Shown here piece by piece: positions 9,801 through 21,300 of a stretch of DNA of 59,949 nt (its first letter is position 1; each line of letters begins with the position of its first letter). The DNA comes from a virus (lineage: Duplodnaviria; Caudoviricetes): positions 1 through 59,949 of IMG/VR virus record IMGVR_UViG_3300038825_001248; one strand, 5' to 3'. The notes beneath the pieces are model-generated. The model did not search any database, was not told the DNA's origin, and worked only from the letters and a program-made list of their open reading frames with translations. The position numbers and the translations under genes are program-made.

Positions 9801-11829
9801 AAATTTAGGATTTTTTGATTGTTTTACTTTTGGTAATGGAGTAGAAAGCTACAAGTATTTAGACGAATTAGATGGCTCTAGTTTTACATTAGGTCAAAGA
9901 ACAACATCCGTGGCTGAAGAAGATTACAAAGAGGCGAATAGGTATGCTAGTGTAACTTATAGCGGTGTATACAACGCTGACACCAACATAAATAGATTTA
10001 ATGAGTTTAATTTAAGCGATGGAAACTTTAAAGATTTAGAAAAATCTTTTGGAGATATAAATGTTTTACATTCTTTTGAAACCAATTTATTAGTATTGCA
10101 AGAAGACAAAATATCTAATGTACTTTTAAGTAAGCAGGCACTACAAGCAGCCCAAGGAGCTGGGGTAGTAGCAACTTCTACTGCTGTATTAGGAACACAG
10201 TTGGCTAGAATCGAGGAATACGGAATTAGCAACAACCCAGAAAGCTTTGCAGCATATGGAGATAGCAGATATTTCACAGACACAAGTAGAGGTGCAGTAA
10301 TTCAATTAAAAGGGACAGGAGGGGTTAACGATAAGCTAACGTTAATTTCTGAATTAGGAATGAGAAGTTATTTTAGAGATAACTTTATTCAGTATCCAGA
10401 CACACAAAAGATTGGAGGTTTTGATCCGTATATGAATGAGTATGTATTAAGTTCAAATACAATTGGATTGCCAAATGCATATCAAGCCAATACTGAAATA
10501 CCTGTTCAATGTGGCGCGAAATTCGGGGCTTATGAGTATGATGATCCTATAATTTACAATGTTAATTTAGGAGAAGCACAAGGAAATGTGATTGTATCTT
10601 ATATAATTACAGGCACAGTAGCAATTGATTACGAATGGAGTTCTACAACTGGAAATATACCGGCAGCAACGGGATCCGGAAGCTTTAATTTTAATAAAAA
10701 TACCTCCACACCAACTAATTTAAAAATTACAGTAACACCAACTGGTTCGTACACAGCTGCATTTATAGTTGGATGCCCAACAGTAAATGAACTGACAATT
10801 ATAAATGTAGCCCTTGGCTCTGTTTCTGATGATGGACTGTTTATACACGATGAATTTTACTGGAATGACGGCACAACAACAAGTCCAGTAGAAAGCGTTC
10901 AAACATCTTTTAGCTTTACTCCGTTTGACACTAATAGATTAGCTAGGTATACTAGTATTACTGGCATCGAATCTGAAGGATTGTTCCCGGCTAATAACGC
11001 CACGGTATATATGGCGTCAAATAAAATAGATTTTGACACATTAGTGTTTAGCCCCGCCGCCGGTTACTCAGGTTCTATTCCACCGGCTGCAGATAAGTTT
11101 TCATTCTTAGTTTCTAATACACTTTACACGTCTTCGCAAACAGACATCAATGCATTAGTGGCGGCAGCTACTGCCGCAACCCCTCCAACAGGTGGTGATA
11201 TTACCACTGTAACTAATCCATCAACAGGATACTATGAGGCTAACTTTACATACAGCAATCCTACTAATCAAACGTATTTATACTTAATATACAACTATGC
11301 AGGAGTTGCTCCAATTACTTTAAGCTTTGGAGCAACATCATTGATTGCTTGTTGTTTAGGCTCTTCCGCTTCTTATTATTTAAATACAGCTAGTTTTACT
11401 ACGGCAACTTCTGTATATACGGATGCTAATCTTACAAGTTTGGCTGCGGATGGATTCTACAAAGATTCAAGCGGGAACGTTAGGGAGCAGTCAAGCGGAA
11501 TACTTACAGCTACTTCATCATGTGTAACTTGTAATTATATTTATATATCTTCAGTGCAAGGTAGCACAACGGAATTATGTACTAACAATTACATTATGTC
11601 GGTACAAGCGCAAACCACAACTAATCATGCATTTGCAAGCGTAACACCGGGTGATGTGTTAAGTGTTATTCCTCCGGGTGCAGCAGCCAATACGTTCATA
11701 GCATATAGTGCGGTAAGTGGTGAAGACACAGCAACAGGCACCACATACAGAATTGCAAAAATTGATGCTAGTGGTCAAATAATAACATTATATTATGGAG
11801 GAACAGGGGTTTGTGGAGCACCACTATAA
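6847..11829 (+). CDS. Tail stabilization / nozzle (muzzle) protein, main part with C-terminal extension
   Basis: MNKSVDERLLPPGEYVDALN, NRLMYGNYVDG, EYGISNNPESFA, YFTD motifs of P22 gp10-like / crAss-like nozzle proteins. Confidence 0.75.
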   Translation: MTVIQTNFIKGRMNKSVDERLLPPGEYVDALNVRLGSTEDTEIGSVENSKGNSLIAELTYDGVTLDPASTKCIGVLEDGANNTIYWFVHDSDNPMSATKIVDMIVSYNVINNNLVYHVISTSVLNFNPTYLINGVNKIDELLFFTDNINPPRCINVTRAYLPPTALDVDQITAAELNVIKAPPMSAPTINLLQSGQEENFLEKNIVSFAYRYRYLDDEYSAISQFSDIAFVPSFFSLNTSDLSNAGMENAFNTAEVTFNTGSKLVKEIDLLFKYANQPGVYVIEKFNKGILGWSNNINRTEVFRHNQIYTALSDNQLTRLFDNVPRTAKSQTIMANRLMYGNYVDGYNVNNQLNYTININSDVVNLEEFTATLSDGAYTIDISKTISNSVATFDFSEIDSSTILKQDTQIGFQFNFRSQDFDAPGGGAAPGAPTQALTTIAFSLTLNQDYNSIYDLFSGSFLIQQIGPGVSGPFMTNNPCNETTFTDILNCAISDQNTTFQHSYSGIDGRNEPIKITTNPGSSSVSFQLVAAEFDDSTSGGASTDMYGYYKFTAAQADFSSNGNRKSLHSNRNYDVGIVYMDEYLRSTTALTSRNNTTYIPPANSIAANSLEVTIPTTMSPPLWASKYKFVVKRAEDTYETIYSVISFDDDATNSVWVRLEGDNQVKAKEGDFLIVKADVNGPLNTIVKTKILALESKANNFLTPEASTASNPFIAEPAGLYMNLRPQGFTITDNVNGFYDSGLESAQSAKRPPNPAFPNRPVARALIPLYVEDYSSGSLQVENVAVPEGSLVNFSIRINRNASDGGFGTGSSAQQTYEYNRSVTASQNYDNMYDFVFGEGIDFTEGVQSGTGTQPGNQLFSNFFMWSDPPPFSPAETADNYYQFGTVGGIPPITGLNSPIVQGTKLSLGIKSAKGGDSGQRTVITGRITINIGTASLILETEPLNADLDIYYENDEVFDITGGFHQSGSKTGDQNQTAVQPAIVNLGFFDCFTFGNGVESYKYLDELDGSSFTLGQRTTSVAEEDYKEANRYASVTYSGVYNADTNINRFNEFNLSDGNFKDLEKSFGDINVLHSFETNLLVLQEDKISNVLLSKQALQAAQGAGVVATSTAVLGTQLARIEEYGISNNPESFAAYGDSRYFTDTSRGAVIQLKGTGGVNDKLTLISELGMRSYFRDNFIQYPDTQKIGGFDPYMNEYVLSSNTIGLPNAYQANTEIPVQCGAKFGAYEYDDPIIYNVNLGEAQGNVIVSYIITGTVAIDYEWSSTTGNIPAATGSGSFNFNKNTSTPTNLKITVTPTGSYTAAFIVGCPTVNELTIINVALGSVSDDGLFIHDEFYWNDGTTTSPVESVQTSFSFTPFDTNRLARYTSITGIESEGLFPANNATVYMASNKIDFDTLVFSPAAGYSGSIPPAADKFSFLVSNTLYTSSQTDINALVAAATAATPPTGGDITTVTNPSTGYYEANFTYSNPTNQTYLYLIYNYAGVAPITLSFGATSLIACCLGSSASYYLNTASFTTATSVYTDANLTSLAADGFYKDSSGNVREQSSGILTATSSCVTCNYIYISSVQGSTTELCTNNYIMSVQAQTTTNHAFASVTPGDVLSVIPPGAAANTFIAYSAVSGEDTATGTTYRIAKIDASGQIITLYYGGTGVCGAPL

Positions 11830-11838
11830 AATAAAAAT

Positions 11839-12603
11839 ATGGCAGCAGTAACATTAACATATAGCGAAACTTCAAAAGGATGGCCATCATTCTATTCATT
11901 TATACCTGAAAAAATGATTGGCATGAATAATTATTTGTATTCATTTAAGGGAGGTAAGTTGTACAGACACAATACAAACGCATTACGAAACAACTACTAT
12001 GGAGTACAACATAGCTCTACCATTTCTAGTATATTTAATATCAAACCTTTAGAGGTTAAATTATTTAAAACAATTTATTTAGAGTCAGATTCTGCTTGGG
12101 CTGCCACTTATAATTCCGACATGCATAATCCTGGTGGTAGTTTATTATCTTCTTACTTTGTTCAAAAAGAAACAGATTGGTTTTCTTTTTTAAGAGCCGA
12201 TGAAAATACAGTCAACTTTAATTTAAGGTCTGCTAATGGTCTAGGTGATGTAAACTCCGTTGATTCAACAGATATAACAGCGGTTCTTCTTTCATTCTTA
12301 TTTGACATTGGTTCAATAATATCTGTCGGAGACACTGTATATTTTGGCAACACACCAACACTAGGTGGAAACGTAGTATCTACAACAAGAGATACTGTAA
12401 CGATAAACACCGATATTACAGGGGGCGCAGTACCAACAGTGGGGTCATTTATTTGTTACATAAAAAACAGTGTGGCAGAATCGCATGGAGTACGAGGTCA
12501 TTATTTAGAGTTTACCCTAAGTAATGGGCCTATTGAAAATCCAAATTCAGTTGCGGTTGAACTATTTGCTGTAAAAAGCAGTATGTTTAAAAGTTACCCT
12601 TAA
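11839..12603 (+). CDS. Separately encoded C-terminal domain of the nozzle protein
   Basis: TLTYSE-KGWPSFYSF-PE, NNYYG, KLFKTIYLES, RGHY, ELFAV motifs. Confidence 0.6.
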   Translation: MAAVTLTYSETSKGWPSFYSFIPEKMIGMNNYLYSFKGGKLYRHNTNALRNNYYGVQHSSTISSIFNIKPLEVKLFKTIYLESDSAWAATYNSDMHNPGGSLLSSYFVQKETDWFSFLRADENTVNFNLRSANGLGDVNSVDSTDITAVLLSFLFDIGSIISVGDTVYFGNTPTLGGNVVSTTRDTVTINTDITGGAVPTVGSFICYIKNSVAESHGVRGHYLEFTLSNGPIENPNSVAVELFAVKSSMFKSYP

Positions 12604-12609
12604 AATTTG

Positions 12610-12617
12610 TATCTTTG
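12610..12617 (+). promoter_or_regulatory. Bacteroidota -7 promoter element
   Basis: TATCTTTG upstream of ATG 12643. Confidence 0.6.
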
Positions 12618-12642
12618 TTGTTAAACTTATAAATTTACCAAT

Positions 12643-13467
12643 ATGGCAGTAATAGCAGCAATAACAGCAGCTTTTGGAATGGCGGGTTCCTTATCTCAAG
12701 CAACAACAGCTAAAAGAGCTCAGGAAAGAGCTAGTGAAGAGGCGGCTTTAGCTGTAGCTCAAGCTAGAGATGCCATAAGCAAAATGCCGGTATTAGAAAA
12801 GGGTATACCTGTTCTTGCAATGGAGCAAATTCAAAAAGATTCATTAAGACAAAGAAAGCAATTACTTGATGCCGTAAGAGGTTCAGGTCAACGAGCTGTA
12901 TTAGGCGCTGTTCCTACAATAGGAGAACAAATATTAACTCAAGAAGAAAAACAAAGAGGTGTAGTTGAAACACAACTTAAAGCTAGGGAAGATGAAATTG
13001 TAAAAGCTGAACAAGCTAAACAAGATTTAGAATTACAAATGCTTACAGCAAGTGGAGCAGCAGCTAGACAAAGAGCGGCAAATGCTGCTAGACAAGGAGC
13101 TTTAGCTGTTGGTCAAGCTGGGGCATCAGCGGCAGCATTAGGAGGAGAAGTTTTAGGTATGACTAACTTGTATGGAGGTGAAGGTAGATTCCAAAGAAAT
13201 GTAGATAAATTTTTAGAAGGAAAAAATCCCGGTGAAAATTTTGATAGAGATGCGTTTGCTTCGTTTGTAGAAGAGAAAGCGGGAGTCGGTGTTGATTCAG
13301 CTGCTACATATGGAGACGCAACTGATTTAATTAAATCGGGAGTTACAAACGTAGATGGAACTGAGGTGGATTTATATGAATTATTTTTACAAGAAAATCC
13401 TTTTGGCCCTTTACCATCATCTAACACTGAGACTTCACCATTAGGTTTAATATCAACCAGCGAATAA
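12643..13467 (+). CDS. Putative internal virion / ejection protein
   Basis: A/G/Q-rich, helical, hydrophobic N-terminus; first of three genes of increasing size after the nozzle. Confidence 0.55.
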   Translation: MAVIAAITAAFGMAGSLSQATTAKRAQERASEEAALAVAQARDAISKMPVLEKGIPVLAMEQIQKDSLRQRKQLLDAVRGSGQRAVLGAVPTIGEQILTQEEKQRGVVETQLKAREDEIVKAEQAKQDLELQMLTASGAAARQRAANAARQGALAVGQAGASAAALGGEVLGMTNLYGGEGRFQRNVDKFLEGKNPGENFDRDAFASFVEEKAGVGVDSAATYGDATDLIKSGVTNVDGTEVDLYELFLQENPFGPLPSSNTETSPLGLISTSE

Positions 13468-15308
13468 TGGCAACAAACAATAGCACTTATTACAACCCAA
13501 AGGGCAACAGGTTTACAGGAATGTTTGATTCGGGACAGGGAAGTGATTTTGTACCAGTAGATTGGTCGAAAATCACAGGAGATATTGTAGATAAATTACA
13601 AACTGTCGATAAGGAAAGGGAAGACAAAAGGAATGATATACAAACCAAGACTGACGAACTACTTACAGACTTAAGAGATTACCAGGCTGGTGGTAACAAC
13701 ACATTTAATGGATATGTTTTAGATGGATCCACACAAGTAAAAGACTATATGCTAATGCAAAATAAGTTGTTGAAGCAAGGCAAGCTTGATCCTAATGCAT
13801 ATACCAGGAACTCACAATTATTACAAGACGATTGGAATTCTTTTCAAGAAGCAGCTAAAACCTTTAATGATGATTATGCTGCAGCAATAGAAGCGGTTAA
13901 TGCAGGAGATTCATCTAAATTAGCTCAGCTTAGCTTTGATGAAATGCAAGCAGCAACAGATATACAAAATAGTAGATTAATAATAAATACTGATGGAAGA
14001 TTATATTCTCAAACAGGAGATGGAAAGCTAGTAGGTTTTACTAACATGAACGCGAGACAAAAAGATTTACCAAAAAATTACAACATCGTAAATGGCGCTA
14101 AAGGTTTTTCGTCAACTTTAGGAAAATATAAAAAAGCCTATCCAAAAATGACTATTGAAGACATTACCAAGCAACCGGATTTTGAAAAAGCTAGAGATAC
14201 TTATATTGAAGGAGTTTTAAATCAGGGTACTGGTAGAGACTTCTTAAGTATCTTAACACAAAATGGATACGAGCTTACTCAAGATCCATCTCAAGTAAAT
14301 GAAAACACTATACTAGTAAAAGCAGATTCAAACGGAATGCTACAACCAGATAAAGAGTCTCTAGAAAAACATAGAGGGCGTGCCAAAGAAATAATGCAAG
14401 AAGCGATTAGTGTACAGCTTGACATGATTCAATCACCAGGTGGTACAGTATCCGACAGCTTAACATTATACAATAGAAAACGAGGTGATGAATTAAAAGG
14501 CGGCGGCGATGTATATGCGTTAGTTGCAGATTTACAGTCACAAGATGCTAATACAGTTGATTCAGCAGCTACACAATTACAAAATATATTTAGTGGCATA
14601 ACTAGAATTCAACATTTAAGAGATGATGCAGGTAGAAATATAGGTATGCAAATATATACTGATACATCTAAACAACCTGTTCCAGTTCAGTTTAAAGATC
14701 CAAATGGTAATATAAAATCTAGAAGCCAAATAACTGCGGAATTATTCCCTATATTTAATGGTGGTAAATTAACCACTCAACAACAATCAGATATTAAATC
14801 AGAATATTTAAGTGGACTTTCAGAAGAGCAAAGATCTACATTCAATTCAACGTATAACACTCCTTTTATTAGTGATACAGAAACCTTTGGGTTAGATTTA
14901 AGTAAACCTACGGTTATTGATCAAACAAATATAATTAATAAGGAGAACAAAGATGCTGCAACAGCACATACTACAGCTCTTAAAGATATACTAGATGATG
15001 ACGAATTAACTAAACTCGAAAAAAAGAAAGAAATAAAAGACTTAAATAAACAATATCAACAACAACTAGGAAATTCTCTTTTGTTTACTAATAAGGATGG
15101 AGTGACTGAATCATTAAGGCTTGAGCAAGATGATGAATCAAATTTAGTAATTAAAGAGGGCGGAAAAACTTATACTATAGTGAATACAGTGACAGGAGAT
15201 GTAGATCTTGCAGCTTTACAAAGAATTATAAATTCTAAACAAGCTCCAAAAGGATCTCTTACAACTAGAAATGAGGGGAGATGGTCGAAACTAAATAACA
15301 AAGATTAA
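13467..15308 (+). CDS. Putative internal virion / ejection protein
   Basis: 613 aa, coupled by TAATG overlap; position. Confidence 0.5.
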   Translation: MATNNSTYYNPKGNRFTGMFDSGQGSDFVPVDWSKITGDIVDKLQTVDKEREDKRNDIQTKTDELLTDLRDYQAGGNNTFNGYVLDGSTQVKDYMLMQNKLLKQGKLDPNAYTRNSQLLQDDWNSFQEAAKTFNDDYAAAIEAVNAGDSSKLAQLSFDEMQAATDIQNSRLIINTDGRLYSQTGDGKLVGFTNMNARQKDLPKNYNIVNGAKGFSSTLGKYKKAYPKMTIEDITKQPDFEKARDTYIEGVLNQGTGRDFLSILTQNGYELTQDPSQVNENTILVKADSNGMLQPDKESLEKHRGRAKEIMQEAISVQLDMIQSPGGTVSDSLTLYNRKRGDELKGGGDVYALVADLQSQDANTVDSAATQLQNIFSGITRIQHLRDDAGRNIGMQIYTDTSKQPVPVQFKDPNGNIKSRSQITAELFPIFNGGKLTTQQQSDIKSEYLSGLSEEQRSTFNSTYNTPFISDTETFGLDLSKPTVIDQTNIINKENKDAATAHTTALKDILDDDELTKLEKKKEIKDLNKQYQQQLGNSLLFTNKDGVTESLRLEQDDESNLVIKEGGKTYTIVNTVTGDVDLAALQRIINSKQAPKGSLTTRNEGRWSKLNNKD

Positions 15309-15317
15309 GTATTTTAA

Positions 15318-18300
15318 ATGGAGCAAGAAGCACTAAGACTATCATATGATCAAGCGGTTGAAGAGGGTTACAATGGTGATATAGCTGAATTCTACACACT
15401 ACTTCAAACAAACACTGAAGCTGTAGACTTAGCCTACAACATGGCTAAAGAAGAGGGTTATAAAAACTCTCAAAAATCTTTTGAAGTATTACTAGGCTTA
15501 AAAAAAAAAGAAGAAAATTTTCCAGAGTTATTTCCTTCCGAATATCAAAGCTCAAATTTACCTTCGGATGTAAATTTGAATATTAATAAAAAGAAGGAGC
15601 CTGTACGTATTAAAAGATTAGATCCTACAGTTAAAGAACTATCATTAACTGAACAACAGCAAGATTTAATACAGCCAGAATCAGAACGAAAAGGTAGGGT
15701 AAATCAAATAAAAGTAACAGAAAGTTTATTAGAAAAATCCTCACTAAACAACAAAGTTCAATCTATTTTAAAAACCACGCCCTCCGACACACCAGAAGGC
15801 GGTATGCCATTTGACCCCGACAAACCTTACATTGTAAATAGAAGTTTGATGGTTGGTCAAATAATTTCTGAAATGCCCGAGTTAAATGACATAAAAGGTG
15901 AAGATGAATTAAATACATTTCTGGAAAACAACCCTGATGTTATTGAGAAATTTGAACAAAAAGTTAAAGAAAAATTACAAACTTATATAGATAACACTCC
16001 TGATGACTCTATCTATAAATACAAAGATTTTGATCCATCTCAGTCTGTAGATGCACAAACTATGATGGGTGCACTAACAAATAAAATATCAAAAAAAGTT
16101 GATGCTGACCCTGATAAACTTGCGGTAGTTGAGAGTTTGTACAGTGGATTAAGTGGATTTAATTTAAACGAACTTACAAATTACTTTGACGAAGATGTTG
16201 CCACAGAAGCGGGTCTAGACAAAAGAAATAGAATTATTCAGTCGGTTCAAGATGGTAATTTAGACTTAATAGATAAGTATAGTAATCAGGAATTTGGTGA
16301 TGAGGATGATGTAGAAAGGGGCGCTTTAGCTTTGGACATAGAGAAATCAAGAGCTTTAGGATTTTACATTCAAGATAAAATAAAAACATTAGATGATAGA
16401 GAGGCTTTGTTACAATTAAATCCAGAGAAAAACAAAGATGCTTTAAGCAAACTGAAAGAAAACAGAAAAGAATTAATATTAAATTTTGGTCAATACAATC
16501 GTGAAAATTTACCCTTTTTAAACAATTATTTATACAAAAAAAAGGTTAGGCTTGCTGATGAATACGTTTCTGGAGATATGGGATTATATAATCCAGGTGA
16601 TGTTTTGCATGGAGGATATGAAGGTGTCAGAGAAGGTTTAGAGGGAGGATATGGAGCTGTAATTGATGTAGCTTCAACAGCATTGGATGCCATTGGTTTA
16701 AATGTATTTGCAGAAGACTTACGTATACACCGTAATTTAAATAATTTACTATGGACAGATCCCTCTTCTTTTTCTTATGCAGAAGGAAAGGCTGTAATTC
16801 ATGAAGGTAAAAAATATATAGTAACACCAGAAGGGCAGGTGATAGATGAAGAGAGAGAAGTTGATGTTTCTTTTTTTGGAGAGCAAGCGGGCATTGATTT
16901 AAAGTCAATAAGGAATAAAGCTAAATTATCTGACAGAACAGAATCAACAGTTAGTATGTATGGCACTTATCAAATGGGAGCTAATGTAACAGGGAATCTT
17001 GCAGTTCAGTTGGTAGGAATGAAAGGCGTAGGAGCTGTTTTAAAAGGAGGCGGCAAGCTTACTTCAGCTGTAGGATACGGTAAATTATCCAAACAAGCTA
17101 CTATGAGAACTAACGCAATGTTAAGTACAGGAGCTGTAGTTTATTCATCTACTTACAATCAAGTATTAGAAGAAGGTAGAGCATTGGGATTACCCGATAA
17201 GTTAGCTCATAAATATGCTAATGAAGTTGCTACAACAACAGGCTTAGTAGGGGCTATAACTGCAGTTACAATTTCTCCAAACATAGGGGGTCAGCAATTA
17301 TTCGCAAGAACCTCACCAAAAGAAATAGCTAGATATTTAATTAAAAACAAAACCAGTAACAATATTCCTGCTAAAGTAATAGATTTTTTAAAAGGAGGGT
17401 TTGTTGAAGGCACCTTTGAAGCAGTTCAAGAAAACCTAGAACTTCTTGGTGAAGAATATGCTAAAAATAAAATCAACACAGAAGTGGGTAAAGAATTATT
17501 TAAACCTGTTTTTACTAAGACCAGTGTAATGAATAACTCTATTGCTGCATTTGCATCCGCAGGTCTATTGGGTGGAGGAGGAAGTATTAATACTTCCAAA
17601 GTTACTTTTTATAATCGCTTAGGTTCTAATCAAGAATTGTTTCAAAAATATATGAAAATGTATGTAGAGCAAGGGTTAATCGATCAAATTGGTGCGGATA
17701 AAATTGTAAATGAAGTAAAGAATTATCATCAATATAAAAATAAATTACCAGAAAAATTTAGAACTATTCCTGATGCAATCAAACTAACTAACTTGTTAGC
17801 AGAAAAAACCAGATTACAAGACTTGTTAAAAACTCAAGATGAAGTTTTTAATCAAGATACTCAAACAAGAATAGAAGCTATCGACAATGAGGTTAAACGT
17901 ATAACAGATGCAGCTGCAAGGAAAAAAATATCACCGTCACCAGACATAGAAGAAGAACAAAGTATTACAAATCAACAAGCCATTGACGCAATAGCAAAAG
18001 ATAATGAAGGCAGAAAAGAAAGGGGTGAAGAATTAATAGGATTTACAGAACAAGATATATCAAATAAAAAACAAGAACTTTTAAAACAACAACAAGATGC
18101 CAGTACGGAGCAGAGCGCAGTGGCGCAAACTAGCCAAGACCAATCCACAACTACTACGGAAGTGGCTGAAGGAGTACCCGGTCAAGTTCAGCAGTCTACC
18201 GGAGAGGTTGACACAGAAATCGAGGGTGCAGTCGACACGACAACGCAGGAGGAGATAACTCCTGAAGATCAGTTAGCCGCAGAAGTAGAAGCGACAACCG

Positions 18301-21300
18301 AACAAGAAGCAGAGCAACAGTTAGATGAATTGCTTGATGAGACTGAAACTAAAAATGAAAATGTTACAACTGTAGGTACAGAAGGTAGAAATAAAAGTAT
18401 ATCTAGTAAGGCAAGCGCACAAACAAGAGCTGAAGGTTTTAACACTAAAACACCAGAGGGTAAAAAAAGATTTAATAAAATTAAAAGTGAAATCACACAG
18501 GCCTTCAACAAAAAAATGAGAACCCTAAAGAGGGCTGCTAATTTATTGGGTAAAATTTTACCGAACACTAAGATTGTTTTAGCAGAAACAAAAGCTGAGT
18601 ATGATAGGTTAAGGGGTGAAGACTCTGATTCAGTAGGAGCTTTTAGGTTTACCAAAGATGGAAAGACTGCTATACTTATTGATGTTAGCGCTCTCAGCAC
18701 TGACAAGGGTATAGAAACTTTAGTCCACGAATTATTTCATGCAGTCTTGTATAAAAAATTCGGAAGAAATAAAGAAAAAATTAGAAGGGTAACTGATAAG
18801 ATGGTTAAAGAACTTCAAAGAACTTTACAAAATTCTAATGATTCAAGCCTTCAGGATATAGGTAATGCATTGGTTAGGTTTAGTAAGCAATACCCAGAAG
18901 GGAAACAAACTGAAGAGTTTTTGTCAGAAACTTTAGGTTATCTAGCTGAAAGATTTGATCAAGTACGAAGAGATTCAAAAGCCTTAAAAATTGTAACTGA
19001 TTTTGTAAATAAAATTAGTGAGCTACTAGGTGTAGGTAAAGTAAAAAAAGAATTAGCTAAGGATCCTGACAGGGTGTTAAGAGCTTTAGCTATGGTCGCT
19101 AAAAAAATTCAGAGTGGTGAAGTATTACAAGATACAGACTTTGATATTTTAAATGAAATAGAAACAGAGGTAGATCAAGAAGGTACTGACGCTCCTATAG
19201 TTACAGGTGCAGTGGACTTTGTTACTGAAACAGATACAACTGCAGACGAAGATGTTACTGTTACAGTGCTTGAAGATGTTGAGGTAGATGAAGATGTTGA
19301 GGTAGATGAAACAACTACAGAAGATAGGGTGGTTGAAAAAAAGAAAAAGCCTACGACTACCGAAGCCACATCAACTACATTACTTGGAAAAATATCTACC
19401 GAAATTAAGAAAGCAATCAAACAAGCAAAGAGCCAACAAAAGAAAATTAAAAGAGAAGTGGCTTTAGCTATAAGAGAATCAGTTAAACAAGGTACACTGT
19501 CAGCAAAGCAAGCCTTAGTGTTAGCAAAGAGAGCTTTGACCTTGAACGTAGATAGCCCATTAGCTGTTGAAAGATTTATTTTATACACAAAAAAAGCTTT
19601 TGCTGATGCAGATAATATATTTAAATTAAAAACAGCAAATACACTTAGAAAGCAATTAAAGAAAATAGGTAATACTAAAACCATAGATGCAGCTATTGCG
19701 GCAGCTGCAAAAAACTTTGCACTTATGGATCCTATTTATGTAGAGGATCTTGATTTATATAATCAATTAGCTAAAGAACTTGTTGACGGATCTAAATCAA
19801 GTCGAGTATTAAAAGGTGAGTTAAAACAAAAAAGAACTGCTGATCTTGCAAAGATAAATGCGTTTGCAGATAATCAACTTGAAAAAGAAAAGGTTGAAAT
19901 AGAAGCTACGATGAGAGATGAATTTGAAGCCATGACAGGCATCGATGCAAAGGATATGACTTATGCACAGATGAAAAGTTATTTAGATGATAAAACGCCA
20001 GCACCTAGTGAACAAGATGAATCAATTATTCGTAAAGCTGTAACAACTATGTTCAATAAATATTCCGAAACCATAAAACAAATGTTGTCAAGTGGTGTGG
20101 ATGCAGCAACCGGAAACCCACTAGATTTAAGTGCAGCTCAAAAATCTATTGTAAAAAGATTTATGGATATGGATTTATCTGTAATGGGAATTAAAGAAGT
20201 AATAAGAGCAGTAGATGCATTAAATAATTTTATTGTAAACAGAAATACTGGAGGCATGGAGACGGTAGTTAATAATAATAAAGGAGCCTCCAATGTATCG
20301 AAAATGGTTAAAGATGGTAAAATCGTAAAGCCTAAAACTAAGTTTAAATTTTTATTTGAAAATTTAGTAAACCCAGTTGCTAGAGATTTTGCATCTTTAA
20401 CAATATATCTAAAATCTTTGTTAGGTGGTCTTGATAATTCTATTGATTTTAAAATGATGAGCGGTTTAGTTTTTTTTGATCAAGGGGCTAGTTTGGCTAA
20501 AAAACTTACTGAAGAAATAACTGATAATTATGCAAAAAAGTTTAGTAAATTAAGGCCTAATAATGAATTGTTTAATTCTATAAAAAATATTTTAGAAAGA
20601 GGAGTATATGCTTTTTTAGTTAGAACAACCAGTGGTGATATAAATTCTAGCAATAAAGAATTTAAAAGAAGATTAAGGTTGGTAAAACAATCTATAGAAA
20701 AATATCGAAGAGGAGATAAAAAACAACAAGAAACAGCTGATGTTCTTCAGGAAATATACGATAAGATTAAGGGTGCAGAAAATTCATTGGAAATTGAAAA
20801 TGCTTTTGACCAAGTTAACAAAGATGCAGTTATTTTCTGGCAAAATGAATGGGCTAGAATATACCCACAGCTATCTGAAACAAGCTATAATATATATAAC
20901 CAAATATTAGGAAATGATGTAAATTTTACTCCAGATAAATTTTCTGCATTTGAGGCAGATACAGAAGTAGAACTTGATAATCAAAGTGCATTTGCATCTT
21001 TTTCAGGAACTGTGTTCGGTAAGAAAAAAGCAGGAGTTTTATTTGAATCTACTAAACCGCAGCAACTACCGAAAGGTAGAGTTGTTAATTTCAACTTTGA
21101 TTCAAACATGGCTAGGTCAATGGAGTCTGCACAAATGGATGTGCAAACTGCTCAGGCATTTAATCAAGTAAAAGGATTTGTTGAATCTCCAGATTTTAAA
21201 AAATTAATTCCAGACAATACAGTAAGAGAAATAACTGCTGAAAGAATTATAAACTACATTAATAAAACTAAAAAAAATGTTTACATACCCAAAAAACAAC

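Noticed and set aside
19131-19150. DTDFDIL as a crAss-type virion RNAP catalytic motif (DFDID)
   Set aside because: The final Asp is missing and it lies at the edge of an acidic low-complexity linker; no other RNAP motifs seen
19272-19310. 18-bp tandem repeat (EDVEVD x2)
   Set aside because: Ordinary slippage in a disordered linker
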